In this document: positions 50,383-63,956 of the stretch, one piece after another
How positions within the stretch are numbered: the stretch's first letter is position 1
Layout of the letters: each line of letters opens with the position of its first letter
Assembly (NCBI RefSeq): GCF_028641065.1
Contig: NC_073412.1
Location: 5,084,001-5,148,000, forward strand
Length of the DNA stretch: 64,000 nt
Origin: Leucoraja erinacea
Taxonomy: Eukaryota
Direction: 5' to 3'
Notes under the pieces: model-generated
The model's database searches: none
Told to the model about the DNA's origin: nothing
Seen by the model: only the letters and a program-made list of their open reading frames with translations
Translations under genes and position numbers: made by a program

Positions 50383-51139
50383 GTAGGAATTGGTTCATCT
50401 AGCATTCCTATGCCCATGCATAACATTCATCATTCTCTATAAATTAATCTATGGTCTTTTTCGATTATATTCTAGTCATGTGCTCCTTCTCTTGACTTTT
50501 GCTGCCTTGGGGGCCATTTTCCCCACTCAAACCTTCATCCATCTTTCTGAGTGTAGTTATTTTACTAAAGCTTCATCTACACCATTCCTTTCAAAGGCAT
50601 GCGTACAACCTAACACTTTAGCCATCTATTCTAATTTTGTCATTGCTCGGGTGAAAAGCAGGTCAAGTCTGTTTCTGTTCATATTTTCTGCCATGCTTTA
50701 GAGCTTGAATGAGCAACAAACCGTTATGAAATATGTATAGTAGAAACAGGCATTTCAGCAAAATGTATTAACATTTTTTTAAAAAAGGACAATTCCTTCC
50801 ACTTGAATTGTGGCCATTTTCAGAGGTGATTAAGTACCATCTGTGCACAGCAAGATTGTTAAGCCTTCATTTTAATGCTTGGGATGGTTTTGAGGAGGCA
50901 TTGCACAATGTAGTTAGATTTACACACCTTACTGGAAACATTGTGTACCTGGAAGTTAGAATTGAATAATGTATGAAAAATTGTTCTGGCCCCAGGCTTG
51001 AATTAACAATTGCAGTTCATCAAACCTTAACAGTTTTAAGTTCAATGAACTTTAGAGGCCTGTGTCATTTTTAGAAAACCCTTCCTCTTTAACACTTCTG
51101 GAAGTTTTTCTTCTAATGTTTCTTTGTTCTTCTGCACAG

Positions 51140-51268
51140 CAAAAAGAAATAATTGGCCCCCTCTGCCATCGTTCTGCCCCGTCAAGCCATGCTTCTACCA
51201 GGACTTTGCAGCAGAGATCCCAGCAGGCTTCCAGAGGACAGTAAAAATGTTGTACTATTTGTGGATGT
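51140..51268 (+). CDS. SCAMP2: SCAMP2 exon 5
   Basis: [20 protein letters not shown]...KMLYYLWM; 129 nt. Confidence 0.97.
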
Positions 51269-51729
51269 GTAAGTGTATAGATTTTACTATCTCAAGTTTA
51301 AAAAAAAAAATCACAATGTTTGTGGTTCCCACGGTGCATTCGTTGCTGACTGGGCCTGACACTGATGAAGCTCCCAACTTGCTTCCTTGATCTATCTACA
51401 GTGTGCTAGGTGATCCAGCCTCAAGGGCTTGGCAGCAACACAAGCTGGAGAAATTAGAGAACTGTTTGTGTTCTCAATCAATCTGAGAAAGATTGAGTTT
51501 CTTAATATGTAGGCTGAGGGATGACCTTAGAGAGGTGTATAAAATCATGCAGGAAATAGGGTGAATTCAATCTTTTACCCAGAGTAGAGGAATTAAGGTG
51601 AAAGGAGAATGATTTATAGGAACCAGTGGGGCAACATTTTCCATACAGAGGGTAGTGGGTTTATGGAGCAAGCTCCCAGAGGAAGAAGATGAGTAGGTAC
51701 AATAACAGCATTTAAAATACATTTGGATA

Positions 51730-52195
51730 GATCAAAGTCAAGTTTATTCATCACATACACATACGAGATGTGCAGTGAAATGAAAAGTGGCGATGCTTGC
51801 GGATTGTGCAAAAAAAACTACAAAACAGAATGGAACAGAAACACATAGTCACATATTACATACTTGTGGGAGGAAAAAAATAAAAAGAACAGCAATTTTA
51901 AAAAGACACAACAGTAAAAAGGTACAGTAAAGTTAGTCCCTGGAGAGATAGGTGTTTACAGTCCTAATGGCCACTGAGAAGAAACTCCTTCTCAACCTCT
52001 CCGTTTTCACAGCATGGCAACGGAGGTGTTTGCCTGACCGTACAAGCTGGAACAGTCCATTTTGTTGGCTCTGGAGTTGTACCTTCTGATGTATAGTTCC
52101 AGCAGGGGGGCGAGTGTAGTTCCCATATTGCGTTCGGCCGAACACACTACTCTCTGCAGATCCTTCTTGTCCTAGGCAGAGCAGTTCCCAAACCA
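51730..52195 (-). mobile_element. Rex1/Babar-like LINE 3' fragment nested in a CR1 remnant (51470-52315)
   Basis: LFQLVRSGKHLRCHAVKTERLRRSFFSVAIRTVN; CR1-like sequence resumes after 52196. Confidence 0.65.
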
Positions 52196-53015
52196 AGGAT
52201 ACATGGATAGGGAAGGTTTAGAGGGATATGGGCCAATCGCAGGCGGGGAGGTGGGACTAGCATTGATGGGGCTGTGCAAGTTGGGCCAAAGGGCCTCTTT
52301 CTGTGCTGTATGACTCAATCATCATATAAGTAACAATATTCAAGTGGCACCTTTTGTTTTTTTCTTGTTTATGATGGTATCTACTGTACTGTGTTTACAG
52401 ACATGTTCTGCTGCAGGTAAGAATACAGGACATGACAATAAAACGCTCTTGACTCAAAGTCCTGTTAAGATATTAGCTGTTTAAGAAATGTGAAAGGTGA
52501 CAGTAATTGAGGTGGTGGTTGGAAATAATGTGAGCTAGACATCTGCTTTCAAAGCAATCGTCTGCAAATAAATGAGCTGAATGATATATTTCACAGTTGG
52601 TTGATTTTAGAATGTCAGCAGCCAAGTTTCTTGAAGTGATGGCCTGAACAAATGTGATTGTGTGAACATTAAAGCTTCACCTGGTGAAAGGTCGTCAACC
52701 TAGAATATCAACTGTGTATTCTCTCCACAGACACTGCCCAGCCTATTGTGATTTTCCAGCATTTATTATTTTTAGTTTAGTTTATTGTCACGTATACAGA
52801 GGTAAAGTGGAAAGCTTTTGTGTGTTGCGTGTTATTCAGTCAGCTGAAAGACTTTACATGATTAGAATCAAGCTGTGTACAGATAAAGTACAAAGAGAAT
52901 AACGTTTGGTTCACAATAAAGTCCGGAAAAGTTCGATTAAAGATTTATTACAGATTTTCAGCATCTGCAATGTTTTGCTCTCCGATTGAAACTTGGCCTT
53001 TCGTTCTTCCAACAG

Positions 53016-53175
53016 TTCATTCAATCACACTATTCTTGAACCTCCTTGCTTGCCTGGCTGAATTTATTCAGGATGCTAAACATGGAGTCGACTTTGGCTT
53101 GGCCATCTTGTGGTTTTTGCTCTTCACTCCTTGTGCCTTCCTGTGTTGGTACAGGCCAGTTTACAAGGCTTTCAG
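53016..53175 (+). CDS. SCAMP2: SCAMP2 exon 6
   Basis: ...[28 protein letters not shown] (E-peptide); 160 nt. Confidence 0.97.
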
Positions 53176-53391
53176 GTAAGATATTTTTATTAATGTATCC
53201 AAAGTTTGTCTAATTTTTAGTGGTGAAATAATTTAAACTTATTTCCAACAATATATTTTTTTAAATATTCCAAAGTGTGGAATGATTTTCTTTTGAGGTA
53301 GCTTATGCACAGTTATTACTACATTTTTTAACATAAAATCAAGACTTAGGCTAAATGTTCTAAGCCTAATTTTTTTCCAATTGTTTTTCAG

Positions 53392-53493
53392 GTCTGACAG
53401 TTCATTCAACTTCTTTTTCTTCTTCTTCGTGTTCTTCTGTCAAATAGCTCTCTATGTCATTCAGGCAGTCGGCATTCCCAACTGGGGTGTCAG
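53392..53493 (+). CDS. SCAMP2: SCAMP2 exon 7
   Basis: [33 protein letters not shown]; 102 nt. Confidence 0.97.
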
Positions 53494-54227
53494 GTAAGCG
53501 TTTACCTTTATTGATGTCACGTATACCGAGGACAGTGAAAATATTTTATTTGAGTGCTATCTAATCAAATCGGATAATACTGTGCATGAATCCAACCAAG
53601 CTAAATACAAGCACAAAGGGTCGACCAAAGAAAAAGAAACCACAATGCAGAATATAGTTCCCAGCAATGTAGCATAACAGTTCCTAGAGAATACATCCAA
53701 GTCCGTAATGAAGTAATGTCAGTCTGAAGAAGGGTTTTGGCCCGAAACTTTGCATATTTCCTTCGCTCATCAGTCTGAAGGAGAGTTTCGGCCCGAAACC
53801 TTGCATATTTCCTTCGCTCCATAGATGCTGCTGCACCCGTTGAGTTTCTCCAACACTTTTGTCTACCTCCGTAATGAAGTAGATTAGAGAATAGGGGCTG
53901 TACCCTAGTTTATGAAAGGAACCTATTTTTTATGATGTATCAGGATGTCCATGCCGACCAGAATCCACCTACATGTCAGCGGCCAGGCTGTAATCGTACT
54001 CTACAATGTTGGAACAAAACGTTGCTTATTGTCATATTCCGTACATTAGCTCCAAAATGTTTTCTTCTCCTTTATATACTTTTTAGAAAGTAGCATGATG
54101 TTGTAATTTATTTAGAACCTACTGTAAGTCTAGCGAATGGGTTGCTTCTTGCTATAACAAAGGTCTTTTAGTTCTGCAAGAAAACATTAGCATGCTGCCA
54201 ATTAAACTACTGTATTTCTTTTTGCAG

Positions 54228-54345
54228 TGGCTGGATTGCAGCTCTCAGTTGGACATCAACGAACATTGCTGTGGCAGTGGTTATGATGGTGGTGGCAGCA
54301 TTTTTCACAGCATGTGCAGCCCTTGGTTTGTTTCTGATGCAAAGG
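54228..54345 (+). CDS. SCAMP2: SCAMP2 exon 8
   Basis: GWIAALSWTSTNIAVAVVMMVVAAFFTACAALGLFLMQR; 118 nt. Confidence 0.95.
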
Positions 54346-54777
54346 GTAAGAATACACCCTTCAGATTATGCTTTGCCAATACTTTGTTGCTTCAGACGTG
54401 ACTATTTCTAGTAGTCCATTTCTATTTCTGGCCTGGAAATCCACCTTCTAAAAGATGAATCTACTCCTGTTTGTATACTGTTTCTTACAAACTCCATGCT
54501 CCACTCTTTGTTAAGCTGCATTAGTTTAGTTTTGAGATACAATGCAGAAACAAGCCCTTCGGCCCACCGAGCCCACAATCCCCGCACGTTAACACTATCC
54601 CACACACACACACACACTAGGAGCAACTTACACGTGTGCCAAACCTACAAATCTGTGTGCCTTTGGAGTGTGGGAGGAAACCGAAGATCTCGGACAAAAC
54701 CCACGGGCAGAACGTACAAACTCCGTACAGTTTGTGAACCTGGGGGACTGAATTAATCTTTTTTCCCTTTCTTCCAG

Positions 54778-54924
54778 GTACATTCGATATTCCGCAGGAC
54801 GGGTGCTAGTTTTCAGCGAGCGCAGGAAGAATTCTCGCAAGGAGTCTTCACCAACCCCTCCGTGCGCAATGCTGCAGCCACAGCCGCATCAGCTGCTGCA
54901 CAAAGCACCTTCCAGGGAAACTAA
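54778..54924 (+). CDS. SCAMP2: SCAMP2 exon 9 (last coding exon)
   Basis: [24 protein letters not shown]...[10 protein letters not shown]; total CDS 1002 nt. Confidence 0.97.
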   Translation, partial: VHSIFRRTGASFQRAQEEFSQGVFTNPSVRNAAATAASAAAQSTFQGN

Positions 54925-57167
54925 AATACTGAGAATTATTTCTCAAAGCTTTCCTATTTGTACGTTCTTTATAAAGATGCACTTTCATTGGTCAATATGT
55001 GTATTTTGTGTGTCTACCTAATAAGGGGGTAAAGATATTTGGCGTTAATCAGAGGGTTTCAAATAGATGCATTGACAATATCTCTACATTTCCTACTTTA
55101 AGGAAACAGCTGCTTAACTATCGGGGGAGAAAAATACATTTATATTTATGTATGTATTTTTTTCATATTTTGTATATGAAGAATCATTGACCAGTGTATT
55201 GATTATTGGAGAGGTACATTTACAGAAAAGGGTAAATATTAACTAACTTTGACTTTTTAAAATTGTCTTCATCCAACACACTGCATTTTATTAGTGTTTG
55301 AAGGTATTGATCAACACCATGTGGTGTATGATGATGATCTGTGTTCTGTAGCATCACTTTAGCCTGGTGGGGAAATGCTGGGTGTGAGCAGTTTTGGGAA
55401 TGGTGGTCCGCTTGTTGTCATGGAAAAACTAGTGACAAAAGTCACATCAGAGGCCTCATTATGACAATACAGCGTGCATGCTTAAATAATCTACGAAAAT
55501 AGGGTTTTCTATAAAAATAGACGTTTATTAAGTTCAAAATGTTTGGCTATTTAAAGAAAAGAAAGGTATTTAAAGACACAAGCCTGGAAATACATACCCC
55601 TGCAAGCCAAGCAGGTACTGAAAATAGAACATGCTAGTATTTCACAGAATTGTTTTTTAATTGCACAAACAATGAGTAAACATTAGTGCGCAAAACATAT
55701 TTATGATGCTTTTTACTGTTCAGGTGAACTTTGTTCCATTTCTGAGCAAATATCCACACATAAAGCATCAACTGATCTATTCTCAGATGCTGAAAAAGCC
55801 TGACTCTTTGAATCAGCCCTAATTTGATGAATATCTTGATTTTTTTTTTCGTTATTGTCATAATAAATTTTCTTTAATCTGAGTTTGGTGCATATTTAAA
55901 GGTGTGCTTTTAGGCAATAGTAGTATTGGATGGGCTTTTTTTTCTTCCTTCAAAATAGCAGCTGCTCAGAAAACATGCTTGAAAGAACCACTTCAAATTA
56001 GCCTCCTTTTGAAAATGAAGTATTTCTGTGGGGTGCGAAGTGGAACAAATATTTAAAGGCAGATTTTTTTTTTAAAGGATTTAATTGGTCAGATTTAATG
56101 TTTTCTCTGAATGTTATAGTTCACTAAATTTGTCTTAATTCACTTGGATCTTAAAAAAATCACCTCATTTTAAATGCCTGCATTTACTCATTCTGATACT
56201 GATTTTGTAAATGGTGTTGTCTCTACTATCAAAGCTCCTCTCTATTTTAGGGTTTTGGCGAGTTTAGCAGATGGTTGTGCTGTTCCCTGCTGACAAAATT
56301 AATAACCAGCTGTTAAATAAACTGGGGTGCCTGTGGTGGGGACTACGTTGAGTTACTTTCTAACATCTAGACTGTATAGTTTTTATCTGTCAAATTTTTG
56401 TTTTCTCTATTCCTTTTTTGCATTTTAACGAAACTCCCTTCAAAATAACATTGTCCTTGATAACAAGAGAACATCGGTAACAAGAGAAACTGAGGATACC
56501 TGATGGTACCTGTTTTTCACTCTCACTTTCTCACTCTCTCTCACTCTCTGTCTCCAGATAACTAGCTTTAGTGCAAGCCCATAGGAAGTCACAGGTGTGC
56601 ATATTGGTTCAGACTGTGATTTAGCCTCTGGGGAGTGAATGGCTCCGAACATGTTGTATCAGTCCCTTTCCAAATGTCGATATGACTGATACTCCCAGAT
56701 CAAGGAAATTTCTCCGACTTGATCCTTCAGATCCTCGAGTTTGGGTGAACAATTTTATTGTGCTCTCTCGTTGGTGCAATTGCCACTAAAATGTTAGAAT
56801 ACATAGAAAATGTAGCTGCAGACTTTCTTTTTGAATTATTCACAAAGATTTCTCTTTTCCTCCCTGCAGGTTAGTTTGGCATATAACAGGTGCTGTACTA
56901 CCAACTGAATATGAGCACATGAGCTTAGCACAAAACTAAACAGAAATGAGTGCAGTGTCCATTTTAGGGACTGTCACCCTTTAGCTCCAGAGCTCTTGGT
57001 TCACAGGACTTGTCTCCTATATTTGAGTATTGTATTAAAATCATATCAAAGTGAGCTGATGTAATTTTTTTTTTGATTTTCACAAATGTAAGTGGGATGT
57101 TCATTTGCTTGAGCAAACTTTCTATTGGAATGTATGGTGTTAGCTTGTTACTGTTAATATATTAAAA

Positions 57168-57213
57168 AATAAATCCATGCAAATGTCCTCTAAAACATTT
57201 GTGTTCCAATAAA
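57168..57213 (+). terminator. Candidate SCAMP2 polyadenylation signals
   Basis: AATAAA at 57168 and 57208, followed by T/GT-rich sequence at the end of a TE-free tract. Confidence 0.55.
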
Positions 57214-57361
57214 AATCTTTATCTCTTTAGTTGTTGCTCCTTGGCTCTTCAGACATGAAAATGTTATGTGAACTGCAATTAATTTTTCCATCAAACCTAA
57301 TGTCATTTCTCCCCTTCAAATATTTAAACCCAAAAATAAAAAGGGGGAGCTGAAATATATA

Positions 57362-57865
57362 TAAATAATAATAATAAACTTTATTGCGGACTCGAGGTCC
57401 AGATAAGGGGCAACATTACATAAAAATGCATTGCATATTGAAAAATATTATAAAGTACATTTAAAATCTTAGTATATCACTTATAAAAGCATCATAAATT
57501 ATATATTTAAAAAAAAACAATACATGAATTTAAAATACAGATTAAAAGAATGATCAATGTCCTACAACGAGACTACAATACCAGTGTCTCCACAGCTGGG
57601 ATTCGTAGCGTGTAGCTTCTAAAGTAGTGACTCCTGCAGCCACAAACATATTACTAGCACTACACCATCTAGGTTTCCTTAGCAGTGTTCTCATGTCATC
57701 GTTATATGCCGCCTTTAGTCTCTGCAAACTTGTCTTTCCATAGTTCGTACCACAGGTGCGCAGTGTAGAGTGGTGTGCAGTATGCTCTAAATAGCGACAT
57801 CTTCACCACATCTGCACACGCACCAAATTTACGCAAGAGAATATTCGCCTGTAAATACAGCATAT
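57362..57865 (-). mobile_element. LINE 3' end (possibly RTE-X-like) with a (TTA)n tail
   Basis: Minus strand translates LYLQANILLRKFGACADVVKMSLFRAYCTPLYTAHLW. Confidence 0.7.
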
Positions 57866-58308
57866 GAATCCAGTCATCATGGGAATGAACTGGGGGGGGG
57901 GGGGGGGGGATGATAATGATTATTTGGTATATAGCTGTTATAAGTCATACAATATCTCAATGCATTGTTCAGTAATTACATATTCCTGGAATTAAACTGG
58001 CTGTCTCTCAGTCAAAGCATAATTCTGTTTTATCCAGTTCAGGCAACATCTGTGGAGAGAATTCTCTCGTTGAGGTCATCCATCACTTTGTGTATATGCT
58101 CAAGATTCCAGCATCTGTAGCTTCGTGTCACTTTGAGCATTTAGGGTAGGCTCTTTGCATCTTTAACTTTGAAGCACTTGGTTTGCTGGATTATGACCCA
58201 CTGAATTGTGATATTCTCACAATGGTGAAATATTGGAATGACAGTTTGTCATTTCTTTGCTGACCTTTTCTGCCAGAGATGGCGGTGGAGGCAAATAGTG
58301 GTGTTAAA

Positions 58309-58513
58309 TTCCCCTGTCCCACTTAGGAAACCTGAACGGAAACCTCTGGAGACTTTGCGCCCCACCCAAGGTTCCCGGAGGTTGCAGGGAGTGGAAGGGG
58401 GTAGGGAGACTGACAAAAACCACCGGGAACTTTCTGAAACCGCACGGAAACCTTGGGTGGGGCGCAAATTCTCCAGAGGTTTCCGTTCAGGTTTCCTAAG
58501 TGGAACAGGGGCA
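58309..58513. mobile_element. ~215-bp palindromic MITE, copy D
   Basis: Same TIRs; right end GGGGCA|TAA. Confidence 0.88.
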
Positions 58514-60359
58514 TAAGGTTCTCTTGGATAGGCACGTGGACGTGCAGAGAATGGAGGGACATGGAACATGTCGGCGAGATTAGTTTTACTTGACATTCAT
58601 GTTCAGCACAAACATTGTGGGCCGAAGGGCCTGTCCTGGCCTGCACTGTTCTGTCTACTAATCTTGGGACAGTGCAGCCTTCAACTCAATGAAATGTCCC
58701 TGATTAACAAAATGGAATGGGCGAAAAATGGAAAGCTGAACAGAGTGGTGAATGGATGAATTAACTGCAATATGCGTTCCCTCAATTAATGGTGAAGCAC
58801 ACAGAGCTGGAGTAACTCAGTGGGCCAGGCAGCATTTGTGGGGGGAATGGACTCTTCTTTATGATATTGTCCTATTACACTGCTTCCCTCTTCACTGATT
58901 AATATAACTTATAAAGTTGAAAAGATCTGAAGTGTGAAAATTGGTGCTAGAGTGTTTTCCATTGCCTATGTTGGTCAAGAGGCTTTAATTCATACAATCC
59001 TAAATTGAGTGATTTATTTAAAGATACAGCGTGGAAGCAAGTTGCCAAGTCCATGCCAACCATCGATCACCCATTCACACTAGTTCTATTTGATCCCACG
59101 TTTGCATTCCCTCCCAGAGGCAATTTTATATTTGCCAATTAACTGACAAACCTCCAAGTCTTAGGACTTGGGACAAAACTCACACAGTCACGGGGAGAAC
59201 GTGCAAACTCCACCCAGACGACGGCAGAGATCAGGATTGAACCTGCGTCTCGGGCACTGTGAGGCAGCAGCAGCAGCTACCAGTTGTGCCACCCTAAGTG
59301 ACAAAAGTGGTAATGTCTAAAATGAATAATGTGGCTGTGATTTGCTTCTCACTTCTAATGGCAGATGAGGCTCCAGGGCCAACAATGTGCCATAGTCTGA
59401 ATGTAACAATCTCTGAAGAAGGGTCTTGACCCGAAACGTCACCCATTCCTTCTCTCCAGAGAGGCCGCCTGTCCCGCTGAGTTACTCCAGCTTTTTGTGC
59501 CTATCTTCGGTTTAAACCAGTATCTGCAGTTCCTTCCTACACATTGGGTTAATTGACTGGCAATGCTTTCCCCAGTGTATAAGGAGTGCATTAGAAAGTG
59601 GAATAACCGATGAGTAATCAAGGGTCGGCATGGACTCAGTGGGGCCAAAGGGCCTGTTTCCATGCTATAACTCTAAACTAAATTCAGCAGTTCAGGCAGC
59701 ATCTGTGCTATATGAACCAATCTATCTGAAGAAGCCAAGACCACGCCTGTCTATTCCATCCAGCATCTGCAGTTCCTTCCTACACAATGTGTCATCATAT
59801 CCAGTCTTGGATGGATATTTTTCAATGCAACGATGTGCAAATAATACTGAGATAGATTCCTTAAACCTATCTATATGAGACGTGGACAGTGAGTTATCCA
59901 CACACAGTTCAGTGGTATTTTAGTAAATCTTCCACTCTGCCCTTTCTCCCCATTGTAGCTAGCTGTGCGCCTGATAGTTTGAAAGCAGAGATAGTCGGCT
60001 GCTGAGTTTCCCTTTCTGTCAGCTGATCAGTGAGCAAAATTGAAAGTGAAACATAGAAACATAGAAATTAGGTGCAGGAGTAGGCCATTCGGCCCTTTCA
60101 GCCTGCACCGCACTCCAGCAGTCTAAATTACTGCACATTCATTGCACTTGAACAACTGCAGTCAAAGGTCATTAAGAGATGTAACATGGCTACTCTGAAA
60201 TCTTATGTTGAACTGCATTTTTTTCTGATTTATACTTTGTTATGGATCCGATCAAATTGTAATAGGTGAGTCAGTAAATTTATGAAATCCTTAAGAAGCC
60301 CCCTTCACTTTGGATTAACATAGTTTACTTTAGTTTATTCCAGAACCAGGAACTCCTAA

Positions 60360-60650
60360 GAATAAGGAGTAAGCCATTTAGAACGGAGACGAGGAAACAC
60401 TTTTTCTCACAGAGAGTGGTGCGTCTGTGGAATTCTCTGCCTCAGAGGGCGGTGGAGGCAGGTTCTCTGGATGCTTTAAAGAGAGAGCTAGATAGGGCCC
60501 TTAAAAATAGCCTCAGGGTCAGGGGATATGAATCGGGATATGGGGAGAAGGCAGGAACGGGGTACTGATTGGGGATGATCAGCCATGTTCACATTGAATG
60601 GCAATGCTGGCTCGAAGAGCCGAATGGCCTACTCCTGCACCTATTGTCTA
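60360..60650 (+). mobile_element. CR1 3' end
   Basis: Family 3' UTR ending ggcctactcctgcacctattgtcta. Confidence 0.85.
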
Positions 60651-60826
60651 ACCCCTCTAGAGCAAAACTGGAGACACTCAGCAGGTCAGGCAGCATCTGT
60701 GGAGTGAGAATCAGAGTTAATGTTCAGGTTGGGCAACCTGGACTAAACTGGGAGGGAGGGAGGGGGCAAGAGAGAAAGAAAGAGAAGGGGGGGGTGGGAG
60801 GTTGGCTTTCACCGAAAATAGTATAT

Positions 60827-61864
60827 GCTCGACATAGACTACAAGACCTACACCAAACCCAAACCAATTAGGAGCAGACGGGGGCATTCGATCCAATTTG
60901 TGATCCCAGCTACAAAGACAGATGTGTACAGCAATTCGTTCTTCCCCCGCACAATTAAAGCATGGAATAATCTCCACCCAACTATAGGGTGATTTCACCA
61001 AAGGTCAAATGAGCGTAGATCCCCCCTCACGTGACCGAAAAATTTAACTGGAGGACATATGTCACTTCCGGTACATGTTAGTGAATGGGGAAACACGCAC
61101 TTTCACACCCGTTAAAAACATGGAAAACGGCCGATATTTGAGCTGAAATTTTCTGTGCTAGTCGGGGTGACCGTGAAGCACAGCGACCTAAATTTTCAGG
61201 CAAAAAAAAAGATAGAAAGTAAGGTAATTACAAGAGGGAACTGAAGGTGGAAAAACAGCGGAAGTGCTTAGCAGACATTTGCCGTGGAGATTTAAAATCC
61301 AAAATATCGGGAATTATCGCGTTTGCTCGCTGAATTTCATCAAAAGTAAGGCATTATTGCCTTACTTTTGATGAAATTCAGCGAGCAAACGCGATAATTC
61401 CCGATATTTTGGATTTTAAATCTCCACGGCAAATGTCCGCTGTTCACTTCCGCTGGATTGGCACCTTCAGCTCCCTCTTTAATTTACCTTAGTTTCTATC
61501 TTTTTTTTGGACTGTAAATCTAGGTAGCTGTGCCTCACGGTCACCCCGACTGGCACAGTAAATTGCAGCTCAAAAACTGGCCGTTTTCGATGTTTTTAAC
61601 GGGTGGGAAAGTGCGTGTTTTCCCATTCACTAACATGTACCAGATGTATAGCATGTACTCCACTTGAGATTTTCGGTCACGTGGGTGCGGATCTACGCTC
61701 CAGTGACCTTTCGTGAAATCACCCTATAGTTACCCAACCAGATGCAACTAATTTTAAAGTAACTCTTTCTTCCCAATAACCCTCTCTGGCTTAAGCCCTC
61801 CCTTCACCACCTCCAGTTTAAATTCCATTTGGAATATTTTGGAGGACCAAGAAACCAAGAACCA
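60827..61864 (+). mobile_element. CR1/Crack-like LINE 3' end (same family as 4265-4938), interrupted by the palindromic element
   Basis: Sequence on both sides of 60987-61724 joins into the reverse complement of 4265-4610; tail gaccaagaaaccaagaacca. Confidence 0.9.
60987..61724. mobile_element. Long palindromic (foldback) non-autonomous DNA transposon, copy 2 (738 bp, full length)
   Basis: GGGTGATTTCAC...GTGAAATCACCC; TATA TSD at 60983-60986 and 61725-61728; symmetric about a 4-nt loop at 61354-61357. Confidence 0.93.
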
Positions 61865-61959
61865 TATACTATAATATAAATACACACACACACACACGAA
61901 TATAGAACCAAAAACCATATACTATAATATAAACTTATTTTAATATAATAAAATAAGGT

Positions 61960-62376
61960 CTTTATTCTCTGGAGCGCAGCAGGTTAAGGGGGGACCTGAT
62001 AGAGGTCTTTAAAATGATGAGAGGGATAGACCGAGTTGATGTGGACAAGCTTTTCCCTTTGAGAATAGGGAAGATTCAAACAAGAGGACATGACTTCAGA
62101 ATTAAGGGACAGAAGTTTAGGGGTAATGTGAGGGGGAACTTCTTTACGCAGAGAGTGGTAGCGGTGTGGAATGAGCTCCCAGTGGAAGTGGTGGAGGCAG
62201 GTTCATTGGTATCATTTAAAAATAAATTGGATAGGCATATGGATGAGAAGGGAATGGAGGGTTATGGTATGAGTGCAGGCAGGTGGGACTAAGGGGATAA
62301 AAATTTGTTCCGCATAGACTTGTAGGGCCGAGATGGCCTGTTTCCGTGCTGTAATTGTTATATGGTTATATGGTTA
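61960..62376 (+). mobile_element. CR1 3' fragment
   Basis: MMRGIDRVDVDKLFP...FFTQRVVAVWNELP. Confidence 0.88.
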
Positions 62377-62822
62377 TAAATATACACACACACACACACA
62401 CACGAATATAGAACCAAGAGCCATATACTATAAAATAAATACACACACACACGCATTTCGTTGTCTCTGTACTGTACACTGACAATGACAATTAAAATTG
62501 AATCTGAATCTGAATCTGAATCTGAAATCAATAAATAAATTTAGCTACAAGGAATTTAGAAGTTCCATGCAATGCACAGAAACAGCAGCTAACACGTGAG
62601 ATTTGTTGCACAAAGTTCATGTTTAATTGCTTGCATAGATATATTTTCTTCTCCCCCGGAAGCATTATATATTTTCTTCCGAGGGAAATTGCTGTGTGCA
62701 TCATTCGGCGGTGTAAAGAGCAGGCTGTAGGTGGAGTCTGAGTCGCTAGATGTAAATATCCCCTTCCTGTGTTTTCCCTTCCCAGCCCCGTTCAGTCCCG
62801 TCCCGTCGGATGGATTTGTCGG

Positions 62823-62921
62823 ATGGCGTCTGGATGCGCTCCCCCCAAACTACAGGAATACATCCTCACCGAAAAACTGGGCAGTGGATCCTATGCCACT
62901 GTTTACAAAGCCTACAGGAAG
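62823..62921 (+). CDS. ULK3: Serine/threonine kinase ULK3, first coding exon (gene continues beyond the window)
   Basis: [33 protein letters not shown]|gtgagg; human ULK3 has [21 protein letters not shown]; syntenic with SCAMP2. Confidence 0.92.
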
Positions 62922-63454
62922 GTGAGGGACTGCGTGTATCTGTGTGGTGTTACTGTTTGGAAGACAGACACACACACAAAATGCTGGAGTAACTCAGCGG
63001 GACAAAGTTGTCCCGCTGAGTTACTCCAGCATTTTGTGAAGCAACATCTCTAGAGAGAAGGAATGGGGTCGAGACCTCTCTTCAGTCTTTGAGAACTCGT
63101 ATTAAACGCTGTGTTTATTTTTATCTCGTTAATGCCTTGTCAGAGAACGTACAATCTCCGTACACCCGTAGTCGGGATAATTATTTATTCATGTGTGTAT
63201 ATATTTATATTATGGTGTATGGCCACACTGATCTGTTTTGAAGTCAATGCCTACTATGTGTTCTGTTGTCTGAAGAAGGGTTTCTGCCCGAAACGTTGCC
63301 TATTTCCTTCGTTCCATAGATGCTGCTGCACCCGCTGAGTTTCTCCAGCTTTTTTGTGTAACCTTCGATTCTCCAGCATCTGCAGTTCCCTCTTAAACAC
63401 CTACTATGTGTTCTGTTGTGCTGAAGCAAAGCAAGAATTTCATTGTCCTATACA

Positions 63455-63956
63455 GGGAGTGCAGAGAAGGTTCACCAGACTGATTCCTGGGATGTCAGGA
63501 CTGTCCTATGAAGAAAGACTGGATAGACTTGGTTTATACTCTCTAGAATTTAGGAGATTGAGAGGGGATCTTATAGAAACTTACAAAATTCTTAAGGGGT
63601 TGGACAGGCTAGATGCAGGAAGATTGTTCCCGATGTTGGGGAAGTCCAGGACAAGGGGTCACAGCTTAAGGATAAGGGGGAAATCCTTTAAAACCGAGAT
63701 GAGGAGAACTTTTTTTCACACAGAGAGTGGTGAATCTCTGGAACTCTCTGCCACAGAGGGTAGTTGAGGCCAGTTCATTGGCTATATTTAAGAGGGAGTT
63801 AGATGTGGCCCTTGTGGCCAAGGGGATCAGAGGGTATGGAGAGAAGGCAGGTACGGGATACTGAGTTGGATGATCAGCCATGATCATATTGAATGGCGGT
63901 GCAGGCTCGAAGGGCCGAATGGCCTACTCCTGCACCTATGTTTCTATGTTTCTATG
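63455..63956 (+). mobile_element. Young CR1 3' fragment
   Basis: VQRRFTRLIPGMSGLSYEERLDRLGLYSLEFRRLRGDLIETYKIL; (TTTCTATG)n tail. Confidence 0.92.
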
